This document shows positions 10,655-21,589 of a stretch of DNA of 64,000 nucleotides, piece by piece. Position numbers and translations under genes: made by a program. Positions within the stretch are counted from its first letter, which is position 1. Every line of letters starts with the position of its first letter. Source of the stretch: a virus (taxonomy: Duplodnaviria > Caudoviricetes). The notes under the pieces are model-generated. The model was given only the letters and a program-made list of their open reading frames with translations. It was not told where the DNA came from and ran no database searches. Location of the stretch: positions 91,846 to 155,845 of the IMG/VR virus record IMGVR_UViG_3300021431_000081. One strand, 5' to 3'.

Positions 10655-11425
10655 TTAGGCTCCACATCCACAATTATAATAACCCTGATTGCAATTGCAT
10701 CCATTATAATTTGGAACTATATAAGCAGGAACAGCAGTAGGATTTAAAATACGAGTCTGTGCAGCATTATCCGCTAAAATAGCACCAGTCTGAGCATTTT
10801 GAGAAGCATCAAAACGTGCATTTGCAATGTCATTACGCAATCCATCAATAGTATTCTGCATACCAGAAATACGATTCTCATAATTCTGACGAATACCATC
10901 TAATTCAAGCTGACACAGTTTATCCATTACCATTTGTACTTTGGCATCAGTATTAGATCTTATTAAGGCCCCTTCATTTGCTACAGCATATTTAACGTCA
11001 GCTACGGCTGCTCTATTTTCACAACAACATGTCTGTTGTGTAGTTGCCATATTATTAAGTTGAGTTATTAACCCCATCTGATTATTATTTAAAGCCTGTA
11101 AAACATTTGCCTGTCCGTTGCAACGACTTACTTCAGCATTAGCAAATCCAGTAGACATACCAGAATTAATAGTGCTTAATCCATTCATAATAGCAGCCTG
11201 ATCAAAGCCACTCTGTACCGCCGAAGTATTTCCCATCATAGGATAAGGATAAGGATATCCATTATAGCCACCATTATTACCATTATTATTCCATCCACCC
11301 ATTAAAGCGAATAAGAATAAAACCCAAATCCAAATTGATCCATCATTACCCCAACCATTATTACCATTATTACCAGTAATTGCTGCGATATCTGCAGGCC
11401 CCATAGAATCAGAAACAATAGACAT
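10655..11425 (-). CDS. Cassette gene 4: Gly/Asn-rich membrane-anchored coiled-coil protein
   Basis: Start MSIVSD after AAAGGAG; hydrophobic IWIWVLFLFALM segment, CCCEN motif, Cys-rich tail. Confidence 0.75.
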   Translation of the reverse strand: MSIVSDSMGPADIAAITGNNGNNGWGNDGSIWIWVLFLFALMGGWNNNGNNGGYNGYPYPYPMMGNTSAVQSGFDQAAIMNGLSTINSGMSTGFANAEVSRCNGQANVLQALNNNQMGLITQLNNMATTQQTCCCENRAAVADVKYAVANEGALIRSNTDAKVQMVMDKLCQLELDGIRQNYENRISGMQNTIDGLRNDIANARFDASQNAQTGAILADNAAQTRILNPTAVPAYIVPNYNGCNCNQGYYNCGCGA

Positions 11426-11582
11426 AACGTCTCCTTTCAAGAATAAGTGAAATAGTTACTTAACCTTGCGCTTGGTTAATGTCCATTTATTCCTTGATTC
11501 CTGTTCATCCTCAATATAATATTAAAATTCATCCATTTGAGATAATACTATATATCTATACATTATTAAAAACAAATAATTT

Positions 11583-11810
11583 TTATCTTGGCATCATCTG
11601 ACTTAATTGTTGCGCCAGTTGAAAAACCTGTTGAAACTGATTTTGATTCATTTGTCCTGAATTAAGCATATTTTGAACCTGTTGCTGACATTGTTGATTA
11701 TAAGTACTTGGATTACCGGGTAACCCATTTTTAAAAGAATTAAACTGTTGCATTAAAGACGCCATACCACCAAAAGTATTTAAAAAATTATTCATAGATG
11801 GATTAACCAT
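11583..11810 (-). CDS. Cassette gene 3: Gln/Asn/Met-rich small protein
   Basis: 75 aa, overlaps the upstream gene. Confidence 0.7.
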   Translation of the reverse strand: MVNPSMNNFLNTFGGMASLMQQFNSFKNGLPGNPSTYNQQCQQQVQNMLNSGQMNQNQFQQVFQLAQQLSQMMPR

Positions 11811-12354
11811 TGTTTGACCGTTCCTTTCTAGGACGAGACTGATTTTGTCCTACTTTTTGACTTTGTAAAAAATCAGACAATTGATTCTTTAATTCATTAA
11901 ATTCCTCACGAGTAATTGTTGAATTATCCGTTTCATTAATTGCTGTAGAAGTAGAAGAATCAGTTATTACTTGTGTGGGCGCAGGAATAGTATTAATTTG
12001 ATTCTGATATTGAACAAATACTTCCTGATAGGTAAATTCTCTTAATGGTAATGCCATACCAAATGCATCAGTGGCTTTAATATAAAATTTTGATTGATCT
12101 TGAGTATCAAATAAATACACTGTTGTATTTGATGACATTACTGGATATACACTCGCCCCCATTCTTCCTTGAACAAAACCAATACTAATAGGCATAGAAT
12201 TATTCATAGAAGAAGAAATAATATTGTTTACAGGTGTATAAGCATTATTATAATTATTTCTATTCGCCTGTGTTACGTTATTTTGTGAGATATTCATATA
12301 ACGATTTTGATTATTAAAATCATTAAAGCCCATATCCATAACTATTTCCTCCAA
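11803..12354 (-). CDS. Cassette gene 2: hypothetical protein
   Basis: Asn-rich N-terminus, FVQG/FYIK core, TREEF motif. Confidence 0.7.
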   Translation of the reverse strand: MEEIVMDMGFNDFNNQNRYMNISQNNVTQANRNNYNNAYTPVNNIISSSMNNSMPISIGFVQGRMGASVYPVMSSNTTVYLFDTQDQSKFYIKATDAFGMALPLREFTYQEVFVQYQNQINTIPAPTQVITDSSTSTAINETDNSTITREEFNELKNQLSDFLQSQKVGQNQSRPRKERSNNG

Positions 12355-12713
12355 TAAAAAATCACGGGTTCATCACCTGAATCCCACGAATCATAATAAT
12401 TTCCATCAATTATTGTAATTGCATGTGATTCGCTCCCTACAACATAAGTCCCATAAGGATGATCATAACAGAAATCTATTACTGAATAACAATTAGGACA
12501 TGAATTTGATATAATATATCTATCATATCCTTTATTTCGTAAATATGCTCCCCATACTTCACTTTCTGAAGGCATCGCTCCCATTAAATATCCTTCTATA
12601 GCTAATTCAACATAAGTCTTATCCCAACTTTGATGTAATGCTTTTGATAACGCTCTAACAACACAATCACCAGTCCTCTGATGATATGGATTTGGATTAT
12701 ACTTTTTAAACAT
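12342..12713 (-). CDS. Cassette gene 1: putative papain/C39-like thiol hydrolase fold
   Basis: GDCVVRA ... HA ... YYDSWDS gives a candidate Cys-His-Asp triad. Confidence 0.6.
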   Translation of the reverse strand: MFKKYNPNPYHQRTGDCVVRALSKALHQSWDKTYVELAIEGYLMGAMPSESEVWGAYLRNKGYDRYIISNSCPNCYSVIDFCYDHPYGTYVVGSESHAITIIDGNYYDSWDSGDEPVIFYWRK

Positions 12714-12730
12714 ATTGTTTACCCTAAATA

Positions 12731-12913
12731 TTAAGTGTATGTATAAGTGACTTCATTTTCCTTATATTCCTTTAATACACGTAAAACTTTAGGATCTTCA
12801 GTTAAATAATACCTTTTTGCTCGACCTTTATGAGTAATACTAGAAATATGGATTAAATATCCAAATTTTTTACTTCGCAAATAATTTGCTTCGTTTTGTG
12901 TAATTTGAATCAA
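12731..12913 (-). CDS. Small basic hypothetical protein (60 aa)
   Basis: TTG start after AAGAAGGA; the longer track ORF runs through tRNA-Pro. Confidence 0.6.
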   Translation of the reverse strand: MIQITQNEANYLRSKKFGYLIHISSITHKGRAKRYYLTEDPKVLRVLKEYKENEVTYTYT

Positions 12914-12963
12914 ATTGAATTCCTTCTTTTCATTATATTTCTTCCTATTAATAAGAAAGATAG

Positions 12964-13037
12964 TTGGAGTAACAGGATTTGAACCTGCGATTTCCAGATC
13001 CCAAATCTGGCGCTTTACCAAACTAAGCCATACCCCA
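12964..13037 (-). tRNA. tRNA-Pro(TGG)
   Basis: Cloverleaf; CCAGA-ttTGGga-TCTGG anticodon arm; T-loop TTCAAAT. Confidence 0.92.
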
Positions 13038-13087
13038 TAAATAAAAAGGGTAGCCTACTCGAAAGTAGACTACCCATAAAATTCTAT

Positions 13088-13360
13088 TTACTGCACACCA
13101 TCTTTAAACTTCTTACCAAATTTTACCTTCGGTACATATTTTGCAGGAACTGCTACAGATTCGCCCGTGCGAGGATTTCTAGCTACACCCGCTTCTTTAT
13201 ATTTTCTTGTGAAAGTTACACCATCAAATACATGAACTTCATTACCTGCCTTAAGATCATCAATAATAACCTTCTCAGCAGATTCAAATACAACCTTGGT
13301 ATCCTTAATAGTCATTCCTGTTTCGGCAGCTACTGCCTTATAAAAATCAATCTTTAACAT
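13088..13360 (-). CDS. hup: HU-like DNA-binding protein (YonN-like)
   Basis: ARNPRTGE and VPKVKFGK HU signatures; 90 aa. Confidence 0.92.
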   Translation of the reverse strand: MLKIDFYKAVAAETGMTIKDTKVVFESAEKVIIDDLKAGNEVHVFDGVTFTRKYKEAGVARNPRTGESVAVPAKYVPKVKFGKKFKDGVQ

Positions 13361-13541
13361 AATAATGTCTCCTTTTTTTCTATATTCTTTTTTGTTCAGA
13401 ATTGTTCTCGCCTACAATTCTTTAAAGGCATAAAAACCGTGATGTTTGCTGAAGAAACTGTAAAAAATAGTTCCTTCATATATGGACTTTTCAAAAAACT
13501 TATAAACCATTAAAAAACAAGGGCTTTGTTGAGGTTATTTT

Positions 13542-16121
13542 TTAATGATCCGCCATTTTAAAACACTGTAAAAAGCATCGTTTATTAACGTTATACAAAG
13601 CTTTTAATAATACAGATCGATTTTTTTCTAATCTTGTTTGCAATTTAGCATGAGCAATTTTATCTTTAAAGAACGCTCTTGTTATTAAATGTGACATTAG
13701 TCCTAAATAATTCTTAGAAATATAAATTTGATGAATATCATCTATTAACTGGTCAAAATTATTCTTGAAAATATAATAGTCTTCATTATCATCATCGTCA
13801 TCTTGAACAAATAATAATTGTTTTAAAGAATATTTTTCAATTAACTTTTCAACTCTTCTAGACAATCTATGATGTTCAGTTAATTCATGTTTCACAAAGA
13901 AATAACTCATAGGAAGTGTATCATTAACTGGTTTGTAGGAATCTACTTTCATCTTATATATATAATTCATGGGACAACGTAGTGACTTGTTGATTTTATT
14001 TTTATCAAACCCCGGCCTTATAGCACACCAGAATTTGGGATATCCTCTTTTATCTACTTGTAACAAGTTTTTTAAACGTTGGATTTCGTTTGTAATATCT
14101 ATATCATATTTACGTTTGGAATTATCTATAGCACATTGCGCTAAAACAGATAATATACAAACACTGTCATAACAAATTGGATCTTTAAAATTATAAGTAT
14201 AGGATAAAGCAATTTGAGCAAGGTTACTGGACTCCCCTATCGCTCTCTGGGATGCTGCCAGATTATTATCAATTCTAGCAAAATCTGATGGAGTGTTATT
14301 ATAATGATTGGCTTCTTTAGGAATATTGTTAACTATAGTAGGATATTCTTTATAAAATTTCTTCGCTGCTTTTACAATAGATGACTGATTGGTTACGTAA
14401 AGTGAGTCACTGTCCTGATCACTTCCATTATTTCTATCTTGTGCATCTGTACCAATCATATTTATTGCAATTATTTGTTTACCAAAAGTAAAATACTTTT
14501 TTAGCCTGTCATCATAATGATTATGCAGATGATCCATATTATTCCTACTATTAAACGGACTTCGGAATCCTGCTAAGTACTCCCCGTCCTTAAACCTTTC
14601 TGTATAACATTGTATTGCTCCATCTTCAGGTAGAAGAGTAGTATCTTTATTCACATCTTCTCCCACAGATGCCAGTAACATAGCGTAAGGCGAACCCACT
14701 ATTACTAAATTATCTGCATCTTGTATTAACTTACCATTCTTTATCTCTTTTAAATAATTATATATAATTCTTTTCTTTCTCTCTCTAAAATAATCACATC
14801 TAACAAATTCAGGATTATGCTCTACTAATGCTACCAATACTTCAAAGTCATTCGAAAAATTCTCATTTTTAATCAAATACTCCATAAAAGTATGATCATC
14901 TTTTTTTAACTTCATTATATAATCAACTGTACATTTACAGGTTTCTTCCATTGTATCTATATCCAAAGCATTGATCATTTGATAACTCATACGTTGTACG
15001 TCACCAAATTTACTTTTATGTGCGGTTTTAACTATTCCAAATTTACAACCATTCGCTCTTACCCATTTAGACCAATAATTAAAGTCAACTTTGAATTTAA
15101 TCCATTTCATGGCGTTATCCGTTGTAATTAACTTTATTTTGCTAACTTTTACATCTCTACCCCACATATCTTTTATAATGGCAGTTTCATATTCATCTCC
15201 GAAATATTCTTGCATAAATAGCTGAATATTAGATCTAAAAGCAGCCATTTTAGTAAAATGATGACGTAAAAGAATATATCCTTTACCCCATTCTGGGAAG
15301 ATACTTTCATCAATTAATGCCTGACCATCAAATAAAGTATTTTTTACTTTATAATTATCTTTTTTTATAGCCTGACAATGTTTGTTCTCGTCCAACTCTA
15401 CACTTATTACTTGAGTATTAAAGAAGGAATCAATATCTTTTATAACCAATATCTGATCAGGATCAATCACAATATGATCAACAATAGTACTGGTTGATAA
15501 CGAAGAATACGCCCCTATTTCAACAATAGGAGCGTTCGTATCTGGCAGCTGTAATCCCATCCGAAGAAAATTAATTGCTTTGTCATACAATTTATCTCGT
15601 ATAAACATACAAGATCCTTTCTTCGCTTTTCCCGGTGTTCTATATGCCATTTTATAGTGTATTACATCGTATCCTGTAATTTCTTTTTTTCTATTAAATT
15701 TAGGATATTCAATATTTAAGCCATCCTGATAAAATATTTCTCTAATTTCCTGCCTGGTTTTTCTTTTGAATTTATCTTTATTATCTTTGACTTTTTCTTT
15801 AACTAGATTTAATGTTTCAAGCCTTTTTTGCTTATCTTCATCACTCAGATTTTTATCTTTCTTAGCTTTTTTAATACGCTCATCTATTGCTTTTATTTCT
15901 TCTTTGTAAGTATGTGTGCCATAATCAAATTGAACACATATTACATCCCGTGTTGATTCATCTTTCCAAACTTCCAAACCATTCTCTTTTAGAAAATCAA
16001 GGAATAAACTATTGGTTAACATAGCTTCAGTGGCATCATACTGATCACGTATTCCAAGATCATATCCATATATAGAACCTGCTTGGTAGTTGTTTATTTT
16101 ATAACCATATTGGCCCGTAAC
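13542..16121 (-). CDS. yonO: YonO-like single-subunit two-barrel RNA polymerase
   Basis: DGQ, FRSP and metal-binding GSDQDSD motifs; AIDNSK; located upstream of HU as in SPbeta. The frame is open 33 codons upstream of the track ATG (16022) to a GTT at 16121. Confidence 0.85.
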   Translation of the reverse strand, partial: VTGQYGYKINNYQAGSIYGYDLGIRDQYDATEAMLTNSLFLDFLKENGLEVWKDESTRDVICVQFDYGTHTYKEEIKAIDERIKKAKKDKNLSDEDKQKRLETLNLVKEKVKDNKDKFKRKTRQEIREIFYQDGLNIEYPKFNRKKEITGYDVIHYKMAYRTPGKAKKGSCMFIRDKLYDKAINFLRMGLQLPDTNAPIVEIGAYSSLSTSTIVDHIVIDPDQILVIKDIDSFFNTQVISVELDENKHCQAIKKDNYKVKNTLFDGQALIDESIFPEWGKGYILLRHHFTKMAAFRSNIQLFMQEYFGDEYETAIIKDMWGRDVKVSKIKLITTDNAMKWIKFKVDFNYWSKWVRANGCKFGIVKTAHKSKFGDVQRMSYQMINALDIDTMEETCKCTVDYIMKLKKDDHTFMEYLIKNENFSNDFEVLVALVEHNPEFVRCDYFRERKKRIIYNYLKEIKNGKLIQDADNLVIVGSPYAMLLASVGEDVNKDTTLLPEDGAIQCYTERFKDGEYLAGFRSPFNSRNNMDHLHNHYDDRLKKYFTFGKQIIAINMIGTDAQDRNNGSDQDSDSLYVTNQSSIVKAAKKFYKEYPTIVNNIPKEANHYNNTPSDFARIDNNLAASQRAIGESSNLAQIALSYTYNFKDPICYDSVCILSVLAQCAIDNSKRKYDIDITNEIQRLKNLLQVDKRGYPKFWCAIRPGFDKNKINKSLRCPMNYIYKMKVDSYKPVNDTLPMSYFFVKHELTEHHRLSRRVEKLIEKYSLKQLLFVQDDDDDNEDYYIFKNNFDQLIDDIHQIYISKNYLGLMSHLITRAFFKDKIAHAKLQTRLEKNRSVLLKALYNVNKRCFLQCFKMADH

Positions 16122-16131
16122 GCATCACTCC

Positions 16132-19100
16132 TTAATCCCATAAATCTCTAAAATACTTAGCAAATAAATTAATACCTTCCTGCACCTGATCATTCCATTT
16201 TTGTGTTTCAGAAATAAAATTCAATCCATATTCCTTACACCAATTAGGATCAGGCGAACTATCATTAACAATCTGCTCAAAAGACCAGATCATCTTTTTC
16301 AATGTTTCGTGCCATATAATATTTGCTTCTTCTGTTGGTATCATCTCACCATTATCATCAAACAATATAGGGCAACTAATAGTCTTTTCTTCGAATTTCC
16401 GAAGTCTGGGGAGAATAAATTTGGCTACTGTGTAATCCAGGTTATACCATTCACTATCCTTAAAGGTAGTATAAATACCTTTTTTCTTACGAATCCTTTT
16501 GTTCATTTAACGCACTCCAATCAATATCATCTAAGTTACTTTTACGCTTTCTATTCTTATACCTTATCTTCTGAACATAAGAGGAAATATCATGTACTTC
16601 TCGTGTGTCCTTACCCTGAGAAAAAGACATAATTATGTATTCCTCTGGAAGTTTTATTTGTTCGGGGGAATAAATTTTATGATCAGCCAGTAACTCTTCA
16701 TAACTTAACCTTGTGCGTCCCTTGTTATAGTAGTACTTGTTATAGCATTCCTTACACAGAGGAGCATACCAACCAAATATACTTATATTAGGAGAATCCA
16801 GTTTCCCGCAATCACAGCATACAAACTCTGAGATATGAGAGTAAGCATCAATTACATTCTCAACATCATGATCATAAATATTACTATATAACCTTAAGCT
16901 TCCGAATTTCTCTTTTAATTCAACAATATGAAGCTTGTTAACCAGATTCTTTTTTCTCAATACATCATCCAGATCCTTAAGGAACAAATCACCGAATGCT
17001 TTTCTCCAACCGTTTGACAATGCGTCCCATTCTGTCCATTCATATTTTTCATCCCAACAGATTTTTCCATCCCATGATCTGGGTATAAGCCAGGGATACA
17101 TCTTACACAGCTTTTTATTTCTTATACGTCTACGCTTCATCTCTGTAAATAATTCCTTATTAAACCCCATAACTACCCCCTGTCAATTGTATGCCACCGT
17201 TTATTCTTCCAGTACTTCCACTCAATACGACCGCCAAACAATCTAACCTCAAGATCTGCTATATTGTCCATACCAAGTAACATATCCCGCACATAATCAT
17301 AATCAATATCACTAATGCCATATATTGACTTCCACCTTTTCAGAGTACTCTCAATTAACTCAATAGACCATTCCTCATCCGTTACTTCTGCCTGACGCTT
17401 CAATTCTGCCAAGTAATCCTCTTTGGCTTTTCTAGCATCCTCACAGGTAGTATATATTTCCCGCCATGAAAGAGTAGTATAACAATGATACGAAGGATCA
17501 TATTTCTTAACTAATTTATACCCTTCTTTTGTAATTTCTGATTCTACGGTATAACACTTGGTATTATTCCTTGCTAATACCAATTTACCTAATTCCAATC
17601 CCTCTTTAACAGCATCAGGATCTTCAACAGTATGTGTGCGTAGCCAGTCATCACCAGTGTCATGCCAATGCATATTCACCAGATCTGTATTGTATGTCCA
17701 TCCTTTGGGCAGCTTCCTGTATTTTTCATCAGACTCAAAATCCTTAATGGGAATATTCTTTTCAGTCACAGTTCTTGTATCAGGAAGTTCTACATAATCC
17801 ACATATACAACATCATGAAAAGGCTCATCTACCACACCATAATCCACATACGGTAAATGGTTCTTATTCCATTTTAAGAAATAAACTACATCACCTGATT
17901 TAAGATCTAATGTACGTTCCATATTTATTCCTCTTCGAAATATTTCTCACAGTCACTCTCAGTACAGCCTACACAGTTAATATCCAGATTATCATCCCAA
18001 TCAAATTGGGCTACCTCATATTTAATAGGTACAGGACAATATAGATCACTACGTTCAATGGCAGTAGTAAACCATTCTTCTGGATTTTCATAACAATCAT
18101 TAGGATCAACCAAGTAACAACTCATTTTATATATCTTCGCCATAATTATCACCTCACAGGCTGCAATCTGGTAAATAACTCACCCATTGTCATTCCGTTA
18201 TACTTCGCTAAATCCTTTGCTACTGCACATACATTCTTCTCTGTGCTTACACCAATCTCATTACATAAATAGGAGAGCAGATCAGGGTATTCTGGAACCT
18301 CATTTGGGTCAAGAGAGTGTTTCCAACCAACAATCTCTTCCTTATTAATAATAACCTTCTCATCAGGGGGAGATAGTACCGATCCCTCACAATACCGCCA
18401 CCATGGAGATTCTTCATCACCGTTGGGGAACAGGGCATAAAATTCCTCATCATTCATTTTCTTCATATAAGTAAGAATGAAATCCTCAACTTCCCATACC
18501 TCATAGTTAGGAGAGAAGTAAGTACATTTAGGTGACATTAAACGCTTAAAGTAAGGTTTCAGTCCATGCCCCAATATCTCAAATACCATTCTCGCTCCTT
18601 CTCCTTCCTCTCATTCTCAGCTTCTTTTACATTTTTCCCAAGACCGACAACACCAGGTATATGACTTCTGCTGATCCAAGTGGGCTTAACAGTAGAGTTA
18701 CAACGGTAGGTAATGTAATTATTCTTCATTGCGCTTCTCCTCATAATACTCAGCGAATAATTTATTGTATTGTTCATCATATCTCTTATATACCCAAGAA
18801 TACGCTTTATAAGGCTCGTAGCCCGCTGCGACCATTTCCTCATATAATTTATTACGGTAATACTCAGCCATCCATGTGTGTAAACCCTCAATAGTGGCTT
18901 TTTCACCATCTGCTTTAATTCTTGAACCCATTTCTTTTATGACCGTATCTGCGAACGAAGAGCAGGTGTAATATTTGGTATAATCAAATTCCTGTTTTTT
19001 ACGCTTACATGACCGCCACGTTCTTTTTAAACACTCTAAGTAAAGAGTTAAAGTTTCCCGCTCTTCTGTATCAACCCATGACTCTTTAGTGAGCCGTATT

Positions 19101-20204
19101 ATTCCACCGTCCTCATCTGAAGCTTGAATGGCAACTAAATAAGGGTAATAGGGGATGAGATCCTTCGGGGTCTCAAACTTCATAGGAATAATCTCATCAC
19201 CCATATATATTTTGGAGTGAAGAACATGCTCCGCTCCCCGACTGTCAATCGCATCCTTAAAGTCATACTTGCCTGAGAATTTACTCATATATGCTCCTTA
19301 ACCATTAAACATATAATCTAAGTACTTCATAAAATCCTGTGCTGTTTTTTTCTCTTCAGGGGTAAGCTGCGCATAGGCTTCTATAAGTTCATTAGCTCCA
19401 AATGTTGCTTCTTCCGTCTCTTCTGGTTTTTTATTCGAAGCAGCCTTCATATTCTCATCCTTCTTTGATTTGTTAATAACGACTTTCACTTCCCGAAGTT
19501 CCTCATCATCATTTAAAAAGCAATCATCTTCCTCATCCTTTAAGAGATCAGGTTCGCCATAACACTCACCATAATCAGGACAGTCTTTGCATCCTTCTTC
19601 ATCAAACCCTTCTTTAAATTTTTTGTAGCTTTCTTTCAATTTTTTGTAGTTTTCAACTACATCCTCACTACCACATAATGCATTAACTTCATCCACTTCA
19701 TTCAGAAAATTCTCTGCCGTCTGAATCTGTCTTACCTCCAGATCAATATCGTCCTCAAATTCCTCTTTCAAAAAAGTGGTGTAAAACTCCGCATCATCCC
19801 AATTCAGATTCTTAATAACTACCTCGTACATAAAATACCCTCCGTGTTTAATTTGTTTATTTGTGTTTATTAATTATATTCCCCACCATCTCAAACTTAA
19901 TAGTAGGTGAGGAATAAAATTTCTGTATAGTTGTACCAGAACAATCAACTATATCCGTTGTATTGTATTCTACTTCAATATTCTCTGGTTTCCCAAATAA
20001 TGGAACTATAAATACTGTTCCATCATTAGATTTAAACTTAAGTTCCATCTCTGTTGGTTCTACATTAAATATGCCACCATGATCAAAAAGAGTATTGAAC
20101 TCTAACTCATTCGCATACCGTACCTTCGTATTACAGTAAGGACAGTAACCGTCCTCCTGTAACGGCGCTCCACAGTTAGGACAGTTCGTAATTAATTTTT
20201 TCAT
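16132..20204 (-). other. Operon of hypothetical phage genes: 16132-16506, 16487-17170, 17173-17922, 17925-18152, 18149-18589, 18719-19288, 19298-19831, 19857-20204
   Basis: Abutting or overlapping same-strand ORFs with RBSs; several carry CxxC Zn motifs. Confidence 0.75.
18559..18729 (-). CDS. Small protein resembling the HicB N-terminal domain
   Basis: WISRSHIPGVVGLGKNVKEA resembles the HicB pattern PDLPGCxxxGxTxEEA; fills the gap between neighbouring genes. Confidence 0.45.
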   Translation of the reverse strand: MKNNYITYRCNSTVKPTWISRSHIPGVVGLGKNVKEAENERKEKEREWYLRYWGMD

Positions 20205-20332
20205 GTTATACCCAGTTATACCCTCCTTTCTGAGTATAATAGTTAGTGGGTTTTAACATACCCCCCCCTACCCTTATTAAATAGTTATTATAAGTTTAAC
20301 ATAACTTATATCATTTGTCAATAGTTGTTAAT

Positions 20333-21343
20333 TTATCTAGTTATAATAGGTATTAACTTATTTATTATTTTATTTTGATTAATTAACCAATTTCCATGCT
20401 TCGGATTCTTTGTAAATTGACGATCTGCCTGTAGTTGTAAAAAATCATATATCATTTGATTGATATTGTATTGTGAAGCAAGCTTCTCAGATTCTTCCGT
20501 AAGTATAGACATAGGTGCGTATATTTTATAGCAGGTATAAATATAAACCCAAGAAGGATGCTTTTTATGCATAATATGTTCCAGAGTATCATAGAAATCA
20601 TCAATTTTATAAGAATAAATAAATAATTCATTCGTAGAATTCAGATTTAGCTGTTTTAAGGCTTCATGCTTCATTTCAATAATATCCAGTTTTTGTTCTT
20701 TATTGGCATCCATAGTAATAGTAGTACCATCATTCTGTCTTATTTCTATTCTTTCCACTTCTTCATAGTCTAAAATACAATGAGTCTTAAGTGATCGAAG
20801 AGCAGAGACAATAATATCCTTATAATAACCATAGCTCCTGCTATACAGATCATCTATATCCATTGAAAATACATTTAACTTTTCTGCCAGTTCCTTTTTC
20901 TTCTTTTTGTACTTTAAATAATTCTTATTATAAAACCCCAGTAAAGAGAATAATTGATTACGTGTAATATAGTTTAATTCCTGCCCCGTTGAAAAGAAGT
21001 AAATCAATAATACATTGGCGATGTCTTTTATATATTTTGATTTTTGAGAAAAAGAAAAATTCGGATGAAACTGATCATAAATAGAAATAACTCTATATTT
21101 TCTCCCTACCTTTTCTAATTCGACATATTGTTGAATAACGTCCAACTGACGATCTTTCTGATTGCCCTTTGCATAATAAGGTATACACAGTGCTATCGTT
21201 AACTCTTTGTAAGTATATAAATTATCAATTGTAAGATTATGATGAATATTATGGATAAAGTTCTTTAACTTCATATTTATCAACTTATTGTCAATCTCAG
21301 GAATAATTGCTACTTCATTCATTAAAACACTCCTTTTTACCAA
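20333..21343 (-). CDS. Hypothetical basic, probably DNA-binding protein
   Basis: Very AT-rich 336 aa ORF; N-terminal YKELxxxL...GNQK...GRKY winged-helix-like pattern. Confidence 0.6.
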   Translation of the reverse strand: MVKRSVLMNEVAIIPEIDNKLINMKLKNFIHNIHHNLTIDNLYTYKELTIALCIPYYAKGNQKDRQLDVIQQYVELEKVGRKYRVISIYDQFHPNFSFSQKSKYIKDIANVLLIYFFSTGQELNYITRNQLFSLLGFYNKNYLKYKKKKKELAEKLNVFSMDIDDLYSRSYGYYKDIIVSALRSLKTHCILDYEEVERIEIRQNDGTTITMDANKEQKLDIIEMKHEALKQLNLNSTNELFIYSYKIDDFYDTLEHIMHKKHPSWVYIYTCYKIYAPMSILTEESEKLASQYNINQMIYDFLQLQADRQFTKNPKHGNWLINQNKIINKLIPIITR

Positions 21344-21532
21344 TATTTGATAATACCCATTAGATTATGGACCATGATACGTGATATAAATCATGGGCTG
21401 CGAGTTAATTATAAAATGTTTATAAACTAAATATAATATAAAAATAAAAAATGTAAATCAAATATAAATATTATAAACATAAAATAATGTCAGACAACTT
21501 AGAAAACCCTTAGTTCATAAGGGAAAAAGTAC

Positions 21533-21589
21533 AAATTACACCTATATTACCTACTTAGGGATTATATAGTGGGTCATATAGGTGTAATT
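21533..21589. repeat. Imperfect inverted repeat; one arm recurs at 42846-42864
   Basis: AATTACACCTATATTACCTAC ... GTGGGTCATATAGGTGTAATT. Confidence 0.75.

Noticed and set aside
12914-13021. N-terminal part of track ORF 12731-13021
   Set aside because: It overlaps tRNA-Pro; a TTG start with RBS exists at 12913
13542-16121. RNA-dependent RNA polymerase of an RNA virus or RNAi type
   Set aside because: The dsDNA phage context and synteny indicate a YonO-type DNA-dependent enzyme
13500-21530. Similar AAACC..T-N-AAGGG palindromic boxes at ~13504 and ~21503 as recombination sites
   Set aside because: The match is too short and degenerate for AT-rich DNA to support a call
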